A DNA stretch of 64,000 bases from Candidatus Saccharimonadia bacterium (GCA_023253175.1 JALRHH010000001.1:236020-300019); one strand, 5' to 3'; shown: positions 37,425-47,859, counted from the first letter of the stretch. Program-made: numbers and translations. Notes: generated from the letters alone by a model not told the origin.

Positions 37425-37934
37425 ATGGCAGATGTACCAGAAAAACAAATCAAACGATTGAAAAGCCTGATTCAGGAAGCTGAAACAAGCCTTGCTGCAG
37501 CTAAAGAACTTCTCGTCAGCCTTGTCGGCGAAGATAATGTCGTAACTAACGCGATGAGCGAAGATGCAAGCGGTAAGATTATCGAAGGTGTTTTTGATGG
37601 TCAAACGATGGTCGGTTCAGACGGTAAAAGCTACCCAGTTCCCGCTAACTACGCCAGCAAATCAAAGCTGGTACAGGGCGATATCCTTAAGCTAACCATC
37701 GCTGATGATGGTGCATTTATGTACAAGCAGATCGGTCCAATCCCACGTAAGCAAGTTGTTGGTGTTTTGATCCAAGAGAACGGTCACTACTACGTTGATG
37801 TCAATGGACGACGACTCCGTGTACTCCTCGCGAGCGTAACCTACTTTAAGGCCAAGCCAGGCGACCAAGTCAGCGTTAACATCCCAGAAGATGACGCACA
37901 CGCCGAATGGGCGGCACTCGAAGCAGCGCTATAG
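37425..37934 (+). CDS. Conserved CPR-type hypothetical protein
   Basis: IIEGVFDGQ.M...DGK.YPVPANYASKSKLV.GD.LKLTI...G.F.YKQIGP pattern, recalled as widespread in Patescibacteria; followed by terminator GCCCC-GAAA-GGGGC-TTTTT. Confidence 0.8.
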   Translation: MADVPEKQIKRLKSLIQEAETSLAAAKELLVSLVGEDNVVTNAMSEDASGKIIEGVFDGQTMVGSDGKSYPVPANYASKSKLVQGDILKLTIADDGAFMYKQIGPIPRKQVVGVLIQENGHYYVDVNGRRLRVLLASVTYFKAKPGDQVSVNIPEDDAHAEWAALEAAL

Positions 37935-37985
37935 CAAAATTGCCCCGAAAGGGGCTTTTTTGTTAGTTTCATATACAATACATTT

Positions 37986-38525
37986 ATGACTATAACCAAA
38001 AAAGATATCTTTAGCCCAGCAAATGCAGTCAGCATTATTGGGCTGGTTCTGACAATTTGGGGGTCACTCCATATCAGCAGCCTAGCTGGAGTACTGACAC
38101 TTGGCGCTGGCAGATTTATAGATATCTTTGATGGCAAAATAGCACGTGCAACGCATGTAAGCCCGCTTGGCGCACTTGTCGATGCAACCTGTGACAAAAT
38201 AGGGATCGCGTTTTTGGTTCCGGCAATATGGTTTGCTGGCATCGCACCATACTGGCTACTGATCTATATTCTGGCTCAAAACATACTGAACGTTATCCTA
38301 AGCTCACTGACTGCGGCCAGGAAGAGCGTTCCTGCAGCATCTCGGTATGGCAAACATGCTTTGTTTCTACAGAACATCAGCCTTGGTTCATACGCCCTTG
38401 GTAACACTATAGACAATAGTGGATTTACAACGGCAGGACTTATTATCGGTATTGCGAGCATCTATTGGGCAGCCCGTGCAACTTATGGCTACTTCAAGCT
38501 TGTACCCGAAAAGCCAACAAAATAA
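37986..38525 (+). CDS. CDP-alcohol phosphatidyltransferase family protein
   Basis: DIFDGKIARA.....LGALVDATCDK signature. Confidence 0.9.
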   Translation: MTITKKDIFSPANAVSIIGLVLTIWGSLHISSLAGVLTLGAGRFIDIFDGKIARATHVSPLGALVDATCDKIGIAFLVPAIWFAGIAPYWLLIYILAQNILNVILSSLTAARKSVPAASRYGKHALFLQNISLGSYALGNTIDNSGFTTAGLIIGIASIYWAARATYGYFKLVPEKPTK

Positions 38526-38572
38526 GAAATTACTACAGACCATATTCCTGAAAACTCGTATACTATTCGTAA

Positions 38573-40078
38573 ATGGGTAAGGCATTATATCGAAAGTACC
38601 GTTCAAAGTCTCTTGATGAGATTATTGGGCAAGAACACATAACCACTACGCTGAAAAATGCGATTGCTGCGGGCAATATTAGCCACGCATATCTATTTAC
38701 CGGACCACGCGGCGTAGGCAAGACCAGCATCGCCAGAATACTCGCACATGAGATCAACCAGTTGCCGTACGAAGATGAGGCAACACACCTAGACATTATC
38801 GAAATTGATGCAGCCAGCAATCGTCGCATTGATGAAATTCGCGACCTTCGCGAACGAGTCCACATCGCGCCGACCAGCAGCAAGTACAAAGTGTACATTA
38901 TCGATGAGGTACACATGCTTACTAAGGAGGCGTTTAATGCGCTCCTAAAGACTCTCGAGGAGCCACCAGCGCACGCAGTGTTCATCCTTGCAACCACTGA
39001 ATCGCATAAGCTTCCAGATACCATTATTAGCCGTACGCAGCGCTTTACCTTTAAGCCGGTAGATCAAAGTAAAGTCGTCTCCCATCTGCAGACAATCGCC
39101 AAGCAAGAAGGCTTTGCTATTGACGATGAGGGTATGAACCTGCTTGCAAATCATGGTGGTGGCAGCTTCCGTGACAGCATTAGCATGCTTGACCAGGCAA
39201 GGGGGCACGGTGACAAAGTGTCACTCAAGGATGTGCAGCAGCTCCTTGGCATTGCGCCTGAGGAACTAATCTCCCAGATCCTAAACACGCTGGCGAACGG
39301 CAGCCCGGCTGAAATCATCGAGAACCTTGAAGCAATAAGGAACCAGGGCTTCCAGGCGGGACAGATCGCTAAACAGCTTTCTACGGCCATACGAGCCGGT
39401 ATAGTGCGTGGTGAGCCTGTCGTGACGCCAGCTGTAGCGGTTGCACTACTCGATAAGCTACTTAGTGTCCCAAGTGCGCATGATCAAATGGCTAAACTGG
39501 AACTTATTTTGATTGAAGCTACTATGCACCGCACCCACATGGCTGCAGAACCTAAGCCAGTGCAGTCCGTCCAAGCACTTGCCTCCAAGGCCCCAGCTCC
39601 TGCGCAAGAGACCAAGCCCAAGGCAGAACCTAAGCCAGAACCCATCCAGGAGGCTGAATCCGTGGAGCCAGAGAAAAAGCCAGTAGTGGCCAAGAAAACA
39701 GCGGCCAAGCCCGGTGCTCCTGCAAATTTTGACCTCAGCGCGTGGAACACTGCACTTGATACCCTGAAGCAGACGCACAACACGCTCTATAGCGTTGCAC
39801 GCATGGCAGAACCCACTATATCTGGTGACGAGCTAACATTGACCTTTAAATTTGCCTTTCATCAAAAGCGACTTGATGAAGTAAAAAACCGACAAGTTAT
39901 TAGTGATGTGCTCGAAACGGTCATTGGAAAACCAGTTCAAATTAGCTGCGTCGTGGGCAAGGTAACAGAGAAGCCAAAAGAACTTGTTGTAGAGCCTCCG
40001 GTGGCAGCAGCAGCCAGCTCCGATCCACTTTCAACCATTAGCAATATCTTCGGTAGCGCCGAAGTGCTAGAATCATAG
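38573..40078 (+). CDS. dnaX: DNA polymerase III subunit gamma/tau
   Basis: ALYRKYR, GPRGVGKTS, EIDAASN, IIDEVHML, FNALLKTLEEPP. Confidence 0.98.
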   Translation: MGKALYRKYRSKSLDEIIGQEHITTTLKNAIAAGNISHAYLFTGPRGVGKTSIARILAHEINQLPYEDEATHLDIIEIDAASNRRIDEIRDLRERVHIAPTSSKYKVYIIDEVHMLTKEAFNALLKTLEEPPAHAVFILATTESHKLPDTIISRTQRFTFKPVDQSKVVSHLQTIAKQEGFAIDDEGMNLLANHGGGSFRDSISMLDQARGHGDKVSLKDVQQLLGIAPEELISQILNTLANGSPAEIIENLEAIRNQGFQAGQIAKQLSTAIRAGIVRGEPVVTPAVAVALLDKLLSVPSAHDQMAKLELILIEATMHRTHMAAEPKPVQSVQALASKAPAPAQETKPKAEPKPEPIQEAESVEPEKKPVVAKKTAAKPGAPANFDLSAWNTALDTLKQTHNTLYSVARMAEPTISGDELTLTFKFAFHQKRLDEVKNRQVISDVLETVIGKPVQISCVVGKVTEKPKELVVEPPVAAAASSDPLSTISNIFGSAEVLES

Positions 40079-40084
40079 GTAATC

Positions 40085-41458
40085 ATGGCAGGTCAATCAG
40101 ATAGGGTACCAGAAGGGGCACGAATACCGCCCCAGAATACAGAGGCAGAAGCCAGTCTTCTTGGTGCAATCCTAATTGACACTGACGCAATTGTAAAAAT
40201 TGCTGATCTTATCCGTGCCGAGGACTTCTACGAAGAACGTCACCAACGTATCTATGAAGCGATTGTATATCTATACGAACGCCACAGCCCAATTGATGTA
40301 CTCACACTGTCTGACCAACTAAAAGGAACTGGCTTCCTTGATATGGTGGGCGGTGCATCGTACCTCACGGAACTTACTAACTTCGTACCAACTGCCACAC
40401 ACGTTGAGCAGTACGCGCAGATTGTTTCGCAGAAATCACTGAGACGACGACTCATCAAGGCATCACAAGACATCGTTGGCTTTGGTTATGACGAAGCCCG
40501 TGGACTTCAGGAACTCATTGAAGAGGCCGAGAGCCGCCTATTTGAGGTCAGTCAGCGCCACGTAAAGCAAGATATTACCAGTATTGAGACTATTCTGTCA
40601 GAAAGTTTTGACCGCCTGGATGAACTCCACAAGGACAGCGGCAAGCTCCGTGGCGTGCCGACTGGATTCAAGGACATGGATAACATTCTGGCCGGCCTGA
40701 ACCGATCTGATCTACTTATCCTCGCCGCCCGTCCTGCAATGGGTAAAACTGCATTTTCACTGAATCTTGCGCACAATGTAGCAGTACAATCAAACGAAGC
40801 AGTACTGATCTTTAGTCTTGAGATGAGTAAAGAGCAGCTCGTTGACCGCATGCTGTCTATGGAATCAGGTGTTGATGCCTGGGCGCTCCGTACCGGCAAC
40901 CTGACTGATGCTGATTTTGAAAAGATTGGCCAAGCCATGGGTACACTATCCGAAGCACCGATCTTTATTGACGATACGCCTGGCATCACCGTAAGTGACC
41001 TACGTACAAAAGCAAGGCGCGAAGCACACCTTCGCCCAATTGGATTGATCGTTGTTGACTACCTGCAGCTTATGAGTGGCGGTGCCAGGTTTGGCGGTGA
41101 GGGAAATCGCGTGCAAGAAATCTCCGAAATCTCGCGTGGGCTTAAAGGAATTGCCCGTGAGCTTAATGTGCCACTGATTGCGCTGAGTCAGCTGAGTCGT
41201 TCTGTCGAAAACAGACACCCACAGATCCCGCAGCTTGCTGACCTTCGTGAATCAGGTTCGATCGAGCAAGATGCCGACGTTGTAGCCTTTATCTACCGTG
41301 AAGAGTACTACAACCCAGAGACTGATCGCAAAAATATCACAGATATCCTTATAAAGAAACACCGTCATGGTGCCACTGGAACCGTAGAGCTGTACTTTGA
41401 TCGTGACAAGCAGCGTTTCCGCGGCGTCGACAGCAAACACAGTACGCCATTTGGCTAA
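40085..41458 (+). CDS. dnaB: Replicative DNA helicase
   Basis: PPQNTEAE, AARPAMGKT, FSLEMS, VDYLQL, LSQLSR, DLRESGSIEQDAD. Confidence 0.99.
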   Translation: MAGQSDRVPEGARIPPQNTEAEASLLGAILIDTDAIVKIADLIRAEDFYEERHQRIYEAIVYLYERHSPIDVLTLSDQLKGTGFLDMVGGASYLTELTNFVPTATHVEQYAQIVSQKSLRRRLIKASQDIVGFGYDEARGLQELIEEAESRLFEVSQRHVKQDITSIETILSESFDRLDELHKDSGKLRGVPTGFKDMDNILAGLNRSDLLILAARPAMGKTAFSLNLAHNVAVQSNEAVLIFSLEMSKEQLVDRMLSMESGVDAWALRTGNLTDADFEKIGQAMGTLSEAPIFIDDTPGITVSDLRTKARREAHLRPIGLIVVDYLQLMSGGARFGGEGNRVQEISEISRGLKGIARELNVPLIALSQLSRSVENRHPQIPQLADLRESGSIEQDADVVAFIYREEYYNPETDRKNITDILIKKHRHGATGTVELYFDRDKQRFRGVDSKHSTPFG

Positions 41459-41485
41459 GCAGTAGTGGTATACTAATACGAAGCA

Positions 41486-42712
41486 ATGCAGAGAAAGATA
41501 AAGCATATACGCGCCTTTGTGTTGGACAACTGGAAGGTTGTCCTATTGGCGACTACTACCATTGGATTCTTGGGACTGCTACTTGTATTCAAGCTCGGTA
41601 GTTTGGTTGGCGGCCTATCTGGTTCAGAATACCAACTACAGCAATTAATTGCACATGATGGACTGGGTCTTGGAACTGTTGCCCGCGATGCATTATTCCT
41701 GCCGTACAACTTTATGCTGTATCTGCTGCAATTCACACCATTTACGGGCCCGACTGGCGTACGACTTACCGGAGTACTCTTCGGGCTGCTCGGTGCCGCA
41801 GGTATGTTCTACATATTCAGAACATGGTACACAACCAGGGTGGCAATGCTCGGAACCATCCTATTTGCAACCTCCAGTTGGTTTATTCATGCTGCACGAT
41901 TCGCCGACCCAGCAGTAAGCTATCTGTTATTGCCGCTACTTGTTGCTGCAATGATTGCACTTCAGTCCAAGGTTCGATCACGTCTTGCAATTGCAGCTGT
42001 CGTTGTTTTTGGCATGGCGATGATGTACCTGCCAGGAGTCGTATTATTCATTATTCCGGCGCTCATTATAAAGCGCAAAGTAATTCTTGCGTCATTTAAG
42101 GCACAACCGATATGGTACAAGATAACACTCGGTCTTATATCAGTTATAATGCTCATCCCGCTACTACTAACACTTGTTAGGCCTTTGCCGGGCGTCAGTA
42201 CACTTTCGAACGCATTTTCACTCTTTGGTTTTCCAGGGACAGATCTTCACAGCATTTATGCAATGATTAGTCAGCTGCGTGAAAGCCTGCTGGGTATTTT
42301 TGCGTATAGCAACGCCGGGGCACTTTACACGCCAGGGCACATGCCGTGGTTTGATATTTGCACAAGCGTGCTTGCAATCATTGGCATAGTGCAGTTTGCG
42401 CGCTACTGGAGGCTTGACCGCAGCAAGCTCATCGGTATAGCAGCGCTCCTGAGTATTATCTTGATCGCTCTGGGCGGCGCGGTTAGTAGTGTCGTACTGT
42501 TGCCGTTCCTGTTCCTGTTTGTCGTAGAGGGACTAAAATGGCTGCTTGAAACTTGGCTGGAAGTTTTCCCAAAGAACCCGTTTGCACGGAGCTTTGCAAT
42601 TATTATGATTTGCCTCTTAACCGCATCAGTCGTGTCATTCCACATCAACAAATACTACCTAGCCTGGGGAAGAGCCCCAGAAACCCGCCAAGTATTCAAT
42701 AACATACCGTAA
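41486..42712 (+). CDS. GT-C (family 39-like) membrane glycosyltransferase-like protein
   Basis: About 10 TM segments, VRLTGVLFG and WFIHAAR motifs. Confidence 0.6.
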   Translation: MQRKIKHIRAFVLDNWKVVLLATTTIGFLGLLLVFKLGSLVGGLSGSEYQLQQLIAHDGLGLGTVARDALFLPYNFMLYLLQFTPFTGPTGVRLTGVLFGLLGAAGMFYIFRTWYTTRVAMLGTILFATSSWFIHAARFADPAVSYLLLPLLVAAMIALQSKVRSRLAIAAVVVFGMAMMYLPGVVLFIIPALIIKRKVILASFKAQPIWYKITLGLISVIMLIPLLLTLVRPLPGVSTLSNAFSLFGFPGTDLHSIYAMISQLRESLLGIFAYSNAGALYTPGHMPWFDICTSVLAIIGIVQFARYWRLDRSKLIGIAALLSIILIALGGAVSSVVLLPFLFLFVVEGLKWLLETWLEVFPKNPFARSFAIIMICLLTASVVSFHINKYYLAWGRAPETRQVFNNIP

Positions 42713-42750
42713 ACTGCTACAATATCCATTGTCCAACTAACTACTGATAA

Positions 42751-42871
42751 GTGGTATTTTGAGCCAAGGGTCATTTGCGTTTAGGGGAGGCCTCCATTTC
42801 GTAAGACGTATACATAATACGACTTAGAAATGTCCTCAGCTAAGCGGAAATGACCGCTCTCAAAATGCTAC
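42751..42871. repeat. Long nested palindrome (REP/RPE-like)
   Basis: GTGGTATTTTGAG/CTCAAAATGCTAC, GGTCATTT/AAATGACC, CATTTC/GAAATG, CGTAT-ACATA-ATACG arranged concentrically. Confidence 0.75.
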
Positions 42872-42888
42872 GCACACAAGGAGTACAC

Positions 42889-43182
42889 GTGAGTAAATTT
42901 GATCAGGCAAAGATGTTACTACAGCTAAAGAAAATGCAGAAAGAACTGCAGAAAATGACCATCGAAATAGAAAAAGGCGATGGCGCCGTTCGTGTTGAAA
43001 TCACTGGCGAACAGAAGCTCAAGAAAGTACACATTGACCCGGATTACGTAGATCTTGATGACATTGGTCAGCTAGAGCGCTGGGTTGAGGATGCCGTTAA
43101 AGAAGCTATCCAGCAAAGTCAAAAAGTTGCAGCCGAAAAGATGGGTCCAATGATGGGCAGTCTTGGCAATCTCGGACTATAA
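42889..43182 (+). CDS. ybaB: YbaB/EbfC nucleoid-associated protein
   Basis: KKMQKEL....E..KGDGAVRVEITGEQKLKKVHIDP; between dnaX and recR; GTG start after AAGGAG. Confidence 0.9.
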   Translation: MSKFDQAKMLLQLKKMQKELQKMTIEIEKGDGAVRVEITGEQKLKKVHIDPDYVDLDDIGQLERWVEDAVKEAIQQSQKVAAEKMGPMMGSLGNLGL

Positions 43183-43188
43183 ACGGTA

Positions 43189-43351
43189 TAGACCTCTTTG
43201 CTAATAAGAATTTGGATTCAATAGTAATGATTTTCGTCAGTAAACAGCATATTGTGACAAGGTGTAGCCATAGCTACGCCGCGAAGCAATTGGCTGGATT
43301 ACGGGCGGAAAGCACATTTTTGAAACAAAAAATTATTAGGGAAGCGGTCTA
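43189..43351. repeat. MITE/RPE-like palindromic element
   Basis: Imperfect terminal inverted repeats TAGACC..CTAATAA / TTATTAG..GGTCTA with TA ends and central GTAGC-CATA-GCTAC. Confidence 0.65.
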
Positions 43352-43353
43352 GC

Positions 43354-43962
43354 GTGCAGATACTTCCTCCGGCTCTTAGCGAACTCATTGAAGCGCTCGG
43401 CGCATTGCCGGGTGTTGGGCCACGCACTGCCGAACGGTATGCGTACTACCTATTGAAGGCAGATCGTTCGGTAGGACATCGACTTGCGGACGCTAGCAGC
43501 CAAATCCATGACAAAATCGCATACTGCAAGAAAACCTTTGCGCTTATTGAAAGTGGTAAGGAGTTATCTGATTTATACACCGACCCATCGCGCAGTAAAC
43601 AGCTTGTGGCTGTTGTTGCAGAACCCTTTGATATCCTTGCACTAGAGAAAACAGGACAGTTCAAAGGCACCTACCACGTACTAGGTGGCCTAGTATCACC
43701 AATTGACGGCGTCGGGCCAGAGCAGCTCCACATACAAGAGCTCGTGAAGCGTGTAGAGGATGACGAAGTAGAAGAGATTATCCTTGCAACCAACGCCAGC
43801 GTAGAAGGCGAATCAACCGCCTTATATATTCAGCAGCAACTATATGGCAAATCAGTTACCATTACACGACTTGCACGCGGCCTGCCGGTAGGCGTAGATC
43901 TCGAATACGCCGATCAAATAACCCTCGGCCGTGCACTCGAGGGAAGAACCCAGCTGCTGTAG
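43354..43962 (+). CDS. recR: Recombination protein RecR
   Basis: LPGVGPRTAER HhH, YHVLGG..SPIDG.GP, EIILA.N..VEGE.TA, RLARGLPVG.DLEYAD. Confidence 0.97.
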   Translation: MQILPPALSELIEALGALPGVGPRTAERYAYYLLKADRSVGHRLADASSQIHDKIAYCKKTFALIESGKELSDLYTDPSRSKQLVAVVAEPFDILALEKTGQFKGTYHVLGGLVSPIDGVGPEQLHIQELVKRVEDDEVEEIILATNASVEGESTALYIQQQLYGKSVTITRLARGLPVGVDLEYADQITLGRALEGRTQLL

Positions 43963-44022
43963 CAAATTTGCGCAATCTTTCATAATATTGCATTAAATAC
44001 TCAGCGCTGTTAAGATTATCGT

Positions 44023-44916
44023 ATGCATATTCCAGATGAAGTCCTTAAGGGCATTGGCGTATTTACTCCAAATGGCAAAAATGACGCCATGCGAGTCGAT
44101 GAAACACGTACACCATTCTGGTCTATTGATTGTTTCAACCCCCACGAAATCGATGATGCGATACGGGTAACCCGAGGACGTGCAGGGTCGTTTATCGCGG
44201 ACGTGGCACTTGCGGACGGAAGCCAACTCAGTGATGAGGAAGCGATTATACAAGACGCCATGGACAGAGTTGAATCCCAGTATGGCTACAGACAAAGACT
44301 GATGCTTCCAACAGAGGTGACTTCTCAGCTTGAACTGAAAACAAATGAAACAAGACGAGCACTTGTTATGCGGCAGATGTTTGACACTTATATGGCACCG
44401 GTCGGTGACCCTACGTTTAGACCAGCATTCGTTTATACTAGGCGCATCCTTCCGGTATCTCTTGGGAAAAAGTTTGCAACTGAATCTACAGAATTCTCGG
44501 CAATGGAAGCCGTAGCAAACGAACACGGGGTGACAACCAAAATCGACAGTCTTTCTCCATCAAAATACCAATTACAGGAAGTCGGCTACAAAACGGTACA
44601 GTTTTTCATGCAGTTAACTAATGAAAACTTTGCAAAATGGGCACTTGGCAACGAAGTTCCAGTACTCAACCGTGCGTTCCAGCAAAATGCAGACCAAACC
44701 GTCGTCACCAGGGCTTTTTATACTACTGACGCCATTGGTCATACAGGGGTAGAAGCTGGTAGAGAGCTCATGTACAGCCGTATTACATCACAGCTTCGTC
44801 GTGCATCTGACCTACTCAATGGCATAAATGCCGGCGCATTCTTTGCCAAAGAAGCATTTCCTTATGGCCAATCAGACTTAGAATCATTCGCCCTAAAGGC
44901 GAGCCCTGTTCGCTAA
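44023..44916 (+). CDS. Stand-alone RNB (RNase II/R catalytic) domain protein
   Basis: SIDCFNPHEIDDAI, IADVA, FMQLTN, YSRITSQLRRASDL match RNB motifs; no room for CSD/S1 domains. Confidence 0.7.
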   Translation: MHIPDEVLKGIGVFTPNGKNDAMRVDETRTPFWSIDCFNPHEIDDAIRVTRGRAGSFIADVALADGSQLSDEEAIIQDAMDRVESQYGYRQRLMLPTEVTSQLELKTNETRRALVMRQMFDTYMAPVGDPTFRPAFVYTRRILPVSLGKKFATESTEFSAMEAVANEHGVTTKIDSLSPSKYQLQEVGYKTVQFFMQLTNENFAKWALGNEVPVLNRAFQQNADQTVVTRAFYTTDAIGHTGVEAGRELMYSRITSQLRRASDLLNGINAGAFFAKEAFPYGQSDLESFALKASPVR

Positions 44917-44935
44917 TCTGTTAAAATAAACAGTA

Positions 44936-45931
44936 ATGATACAACAAATAGCAGATATTATTAGTGGCGCACAACGTATTGTCGTGATTCAAGCCGATAA
45001 CCCAGACGCGGACTCATTGGGCGCCGCACTCGCGCTAGAGCAAATCTTGGGCGAAATGGGTAAGAGCGTCTATCTATACTGCGGTGTTGAAACACCTACT
45101 TATTTGCGGTATTTAGAAGGCTGGAGTCGAATCAATCAAGAGCTCCCGAGTAATTTTGATGCGAGTATTATTGTTGACGCCTCCACGATGACCCTGCTTG
45201 AAAAGCTTGAACAATCCGGGGGCAGAGGCTGGCTGGCGGCGAAGCCATGCATCGTCATAGATCACCACGAAACAACTGACAATTCCATTGATTTTGCAAA
45301 TGTTATCTTGAACGAGCCGACCAAAAGCTCTACAGGTGAGGTTATTTTCGATCTAGCCAAGCAGCTGAATTGGAGACTCGATGTAGCTTCGGGTGAATAC
45401 ATCATGACCTGTATTCTTGGAGACACTCAGGGCCTCACTAACGAGCTTACTGGCAGTCGTACCTATGAAATCATGGCCGAACTTACACAGCTTGGCGTTA
45501 ACCGGCCAAAGCTTGAAGAACTCCGCCGCGAATCTAGCAAAATGGACCCTAGAATCTTTAGGTACAAAGCAGATCTTATTCAGCGAACCGAGCTGCATAG
45601 TGACGGAAAGCTAGCGCTTGTAACCGTACCACAGGCAGAGATTAACGAATACAGCCCATTGTATAATCCAGCACCGCTTATTCAATCAGATATGCTCATG
45701 ACACTAGATGTAGCGGTTTCAGTTGTCATGAAACACTACGATGATGGAAAGATCCTTGCCTCGATCCGCTGCAACAGTAGTGCACCAATCGCAGCCAAAA
45801 TCGCAGAACATTTTGGCGGTGGTGGGCACACCTATGCAGCTGGATTCAAGATAACTGACGGCCGCCCCGTGAACGAGATAAAGTCAGAGTGTATTAACCT
45901 TACTTCAGAATTACTCGATAATCTAACCTAA
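44936..45931 (+). CDS. DHH-family phosphoesterase (NrnA-like)
   Basis: NPDADSLG, IVD, IDHH, GDT, GGGGH..AAG. Confidence 0.92.
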   Translation: MIQQIADIISGAQRIVVIQADNPDADSLGAALALEQILGEMGKSVYLYCGVETPTYLRYLEGWSRINQELPSNFDASIIVDASTMTLLEKLEQSGGRGWLAAKPCIVIDHHETTDNSIDFANVILNEPTKSSTGEVIFDLAKQLNWRLDVASGEYIMTCILGDTQGLTNELTGSRTYEIMAELTQLGVNRPKLEELRRESSKMDPRIFRYKADLIQRTELHSDGKLALVTVPQAEINEYSPLYNPAPLIQSDMLMTLDVAVSVVMKHYDDGKILASIRCNSSAPIAAKIAEHFGGGGHTYAAGFKITDGRPVNEIKSECINLTSELLDNLT

Positions 45932-45940
45932 GGAACTACC

Positions 45941-47323
45941 ATGAAGATCCAAGATACACTGACCAGATCACTCCAAGACATACAATCCCTCAATGAAAAT
46001 GAAATCAAACTATATACCTGTGGCCTAACCGTCTACAGTCAGCCACACATCGGCAACTGGGTCGCCTATATTTACTGGGATATCCTTGTCCGTACACTAA
46101 AAGCAAGCGGCTACAACGTAACGCGCGTCCAAAATATTACAGATGTCGGGCATCTCACATCAGACGAAGACGCCGGTGAAGACAAAATGCTGAAAGGTGC
46201 GCTAAAGGAAGGCATCACTGCCTGGCAAGTTGCGGAGAAGTATATAGCGATCGCCGATGACGAAGCGTACAACCAGCTTGGTCTATTACGCCCCGACCAC
46301 ATGCCGCGCGCAACAGACTATATTCCGCAGCAAATCGCATTTGTAAAAGAGCTAGAGGACGAAGGCTATACGTACACCATCGAGGATGGTGTCTACTTTG
46401 ATACTTCAAAACTAGACAATTACGGAGAACTCGCCCGATTAGACATTGACGGCCTCCAGTTTGGCGCCCGCGTTGAAGATACCGGCAAAAAGAACCCAAC
46501 AGACTTTGCGGTTTGGAAATTTAGTAGCCCGGGCGAAAAACGCGACATGGAATGGGAAAGCCCATGGGGCATTGGCTTCCCAGGCTGGCACCTAGAATGT
46601 TCTGTCATGGCGCGTGAGATACTCGGTGATCAGATAGACATTCATACCGGTGGTATTGACCATATTCCGGTCCACCACACAAATGAAATTGCCCAGACAG
46701 AAGCGGTCACCGGTAAACAATTCAGCCATTACTGGGTTCACGCTAACCACATCAAGGTAAATGGCGAAAAGATGTCTAAATCGCTCGGCAACATCTATAC
46801 ACTGAAAGACATTACTGATAAAGGTTTTGACCTGCAGGCCTTCAAGCTCATGGTATTGTCAAAACATTACAGCACAGAAGGCAATTTCACCTGGGAGATC
46901 CTAGAAGCAGCCCAGAATCGTCTAAAACACTGGCAGGAAGTAGCTGATTTGCGTTGGCAAATTCCATCCAAATCTGAAACACAAACTACTGAAACATCCA
47001 ACTTTAATGATGAACTTCTAAATGCCCTCCAGAATGACTTAGACACCCCAGCAGCAGTAGCCATAATTGATGCTGCACTTGGTTTCTATGAGTCAAACAA
47101 TCAGCAGCCCACTGAAGCTTTCCTTACTGACATTAAATCACTGCTAGGCATAAATCTTTTATATGCTGGCATTACAGACGATCAAAAATCATTGATTACA
47201 GCAAGACAAGAAGCTAGGGATTCAAAAGACTGGGCAGAATCAGACCGTATACGTCATGAACTAGCTGAACAGGGTATCGGCATCAAAGATACCTCCACTG
47301 GCCAAATTTGGTACAGAGTGTAG
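45941..47323 (+). CDS. cysS: Cysteine--tRNA ligase
   Basis: YTCGLTVY..PHIGN, PGWHLECS, HHTNE, KMSKS. Confidence 0.99.
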   Translation: MKIQDTLTRSLQDIQSLNENEIKLYTCGLTVYSQPHIGNWVAYIYWDILVRTLKASGYNVTRVQNITDVGHLTSDEDAGEDKMLKGALKEGITAWQVAEKYIAIADDEAYNQLGLLRPDHMPRATDYIPQQIAFVKELEDEGYTYTIEDGVYFDTSKLDNYGELARLDIDGLQFGARVEDTGKKNPTDFAVWKFSSPGEKRDMEWESPWGIGFPGWHLECSVMAREILGDQIDIHTGGIDHIPVHHTNEIAQTEAVTGKQFSHYWVHANHIKVNGEKMSKSLGNIYTLKDITDKGFDLQAFKLMVLSKHYSTEGNFTWEILEAAQNRLKHWQEVADLRWQIPSKSETQTTETSNFNDELLNALQNDLDTPAAVAIIDAALGFYESNNQQPTEAFLTDIKSLLGINLLYAGITDDQKSLITARQEARDSKDWAESDRIRHELAEQGIGIKDTSTGQIWYRV

Positions 47324-47470
47324 ATTTCCTTAACCTGCAGCTTCAAATATTTGAAGGTACAGGGAAAGAGAGTAGAGATGAATAGAATATTAGTAGAAGG
47401 GTTCTCGCGCATATCAGCGTGAGGGGCAAATCTGACATGTGCCAGCAGCCCCTCGACAATAGAGAGCAGC

Positions 47471-47716
47471 TCATTGGAGCGACTTCTCTGTCTTGTTTGA
47501 GCGCTGTCCGGTCTTGACGAGCTCCATGACGACTCCTGTGGTCACCACGATCAAGGCAACGATCAAGAAGGTGAGCAACGCAGATGCCAGTAAGAAGTAA
47601 ATCGAGTACTCGAAGTTGCTCAGAGTTTCCTTCTCATGGATGAGCTCGACAAACGCCCTACCTACAGTGAAGCCCGTGAGTACGATGCAGAACAGGAGGC
47701 TCAAGCCACGCTTCAT
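47471..47716 (-). CDS. Small two-TM hypothetical protein
   Basis: 81 aa, GAGGAG RBS, own promoter upstream. Confidence 0.55.
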   Translation of the reverse strand: MKRGLSLLFCIVLTGFTVGRAFVELIHEKETLSNFEYSIYFLLASALLTFLIVALIVVTTGVVMELVKTGQRSNKTEKSLQ

Positions 47717-47859
47717 TATTTTTCTCCTCTGCTAACAAACTGAAACTTTCAGCTGCGCAAGCAAACCATGAGTCTATGCATACTCTATTCGCGCAGTTGA
47801 AAGGTGTATCTCTACTCTGTAAAGGTGCATAGGAGCAGATACTCAACTATACTTTTTTT

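Noticed and set aside
38563..41218. Several long minus-strand ORFs over dnaX and dnaB
   Set aside because: Typical antisense shadows of conserved genes with biased codon use.
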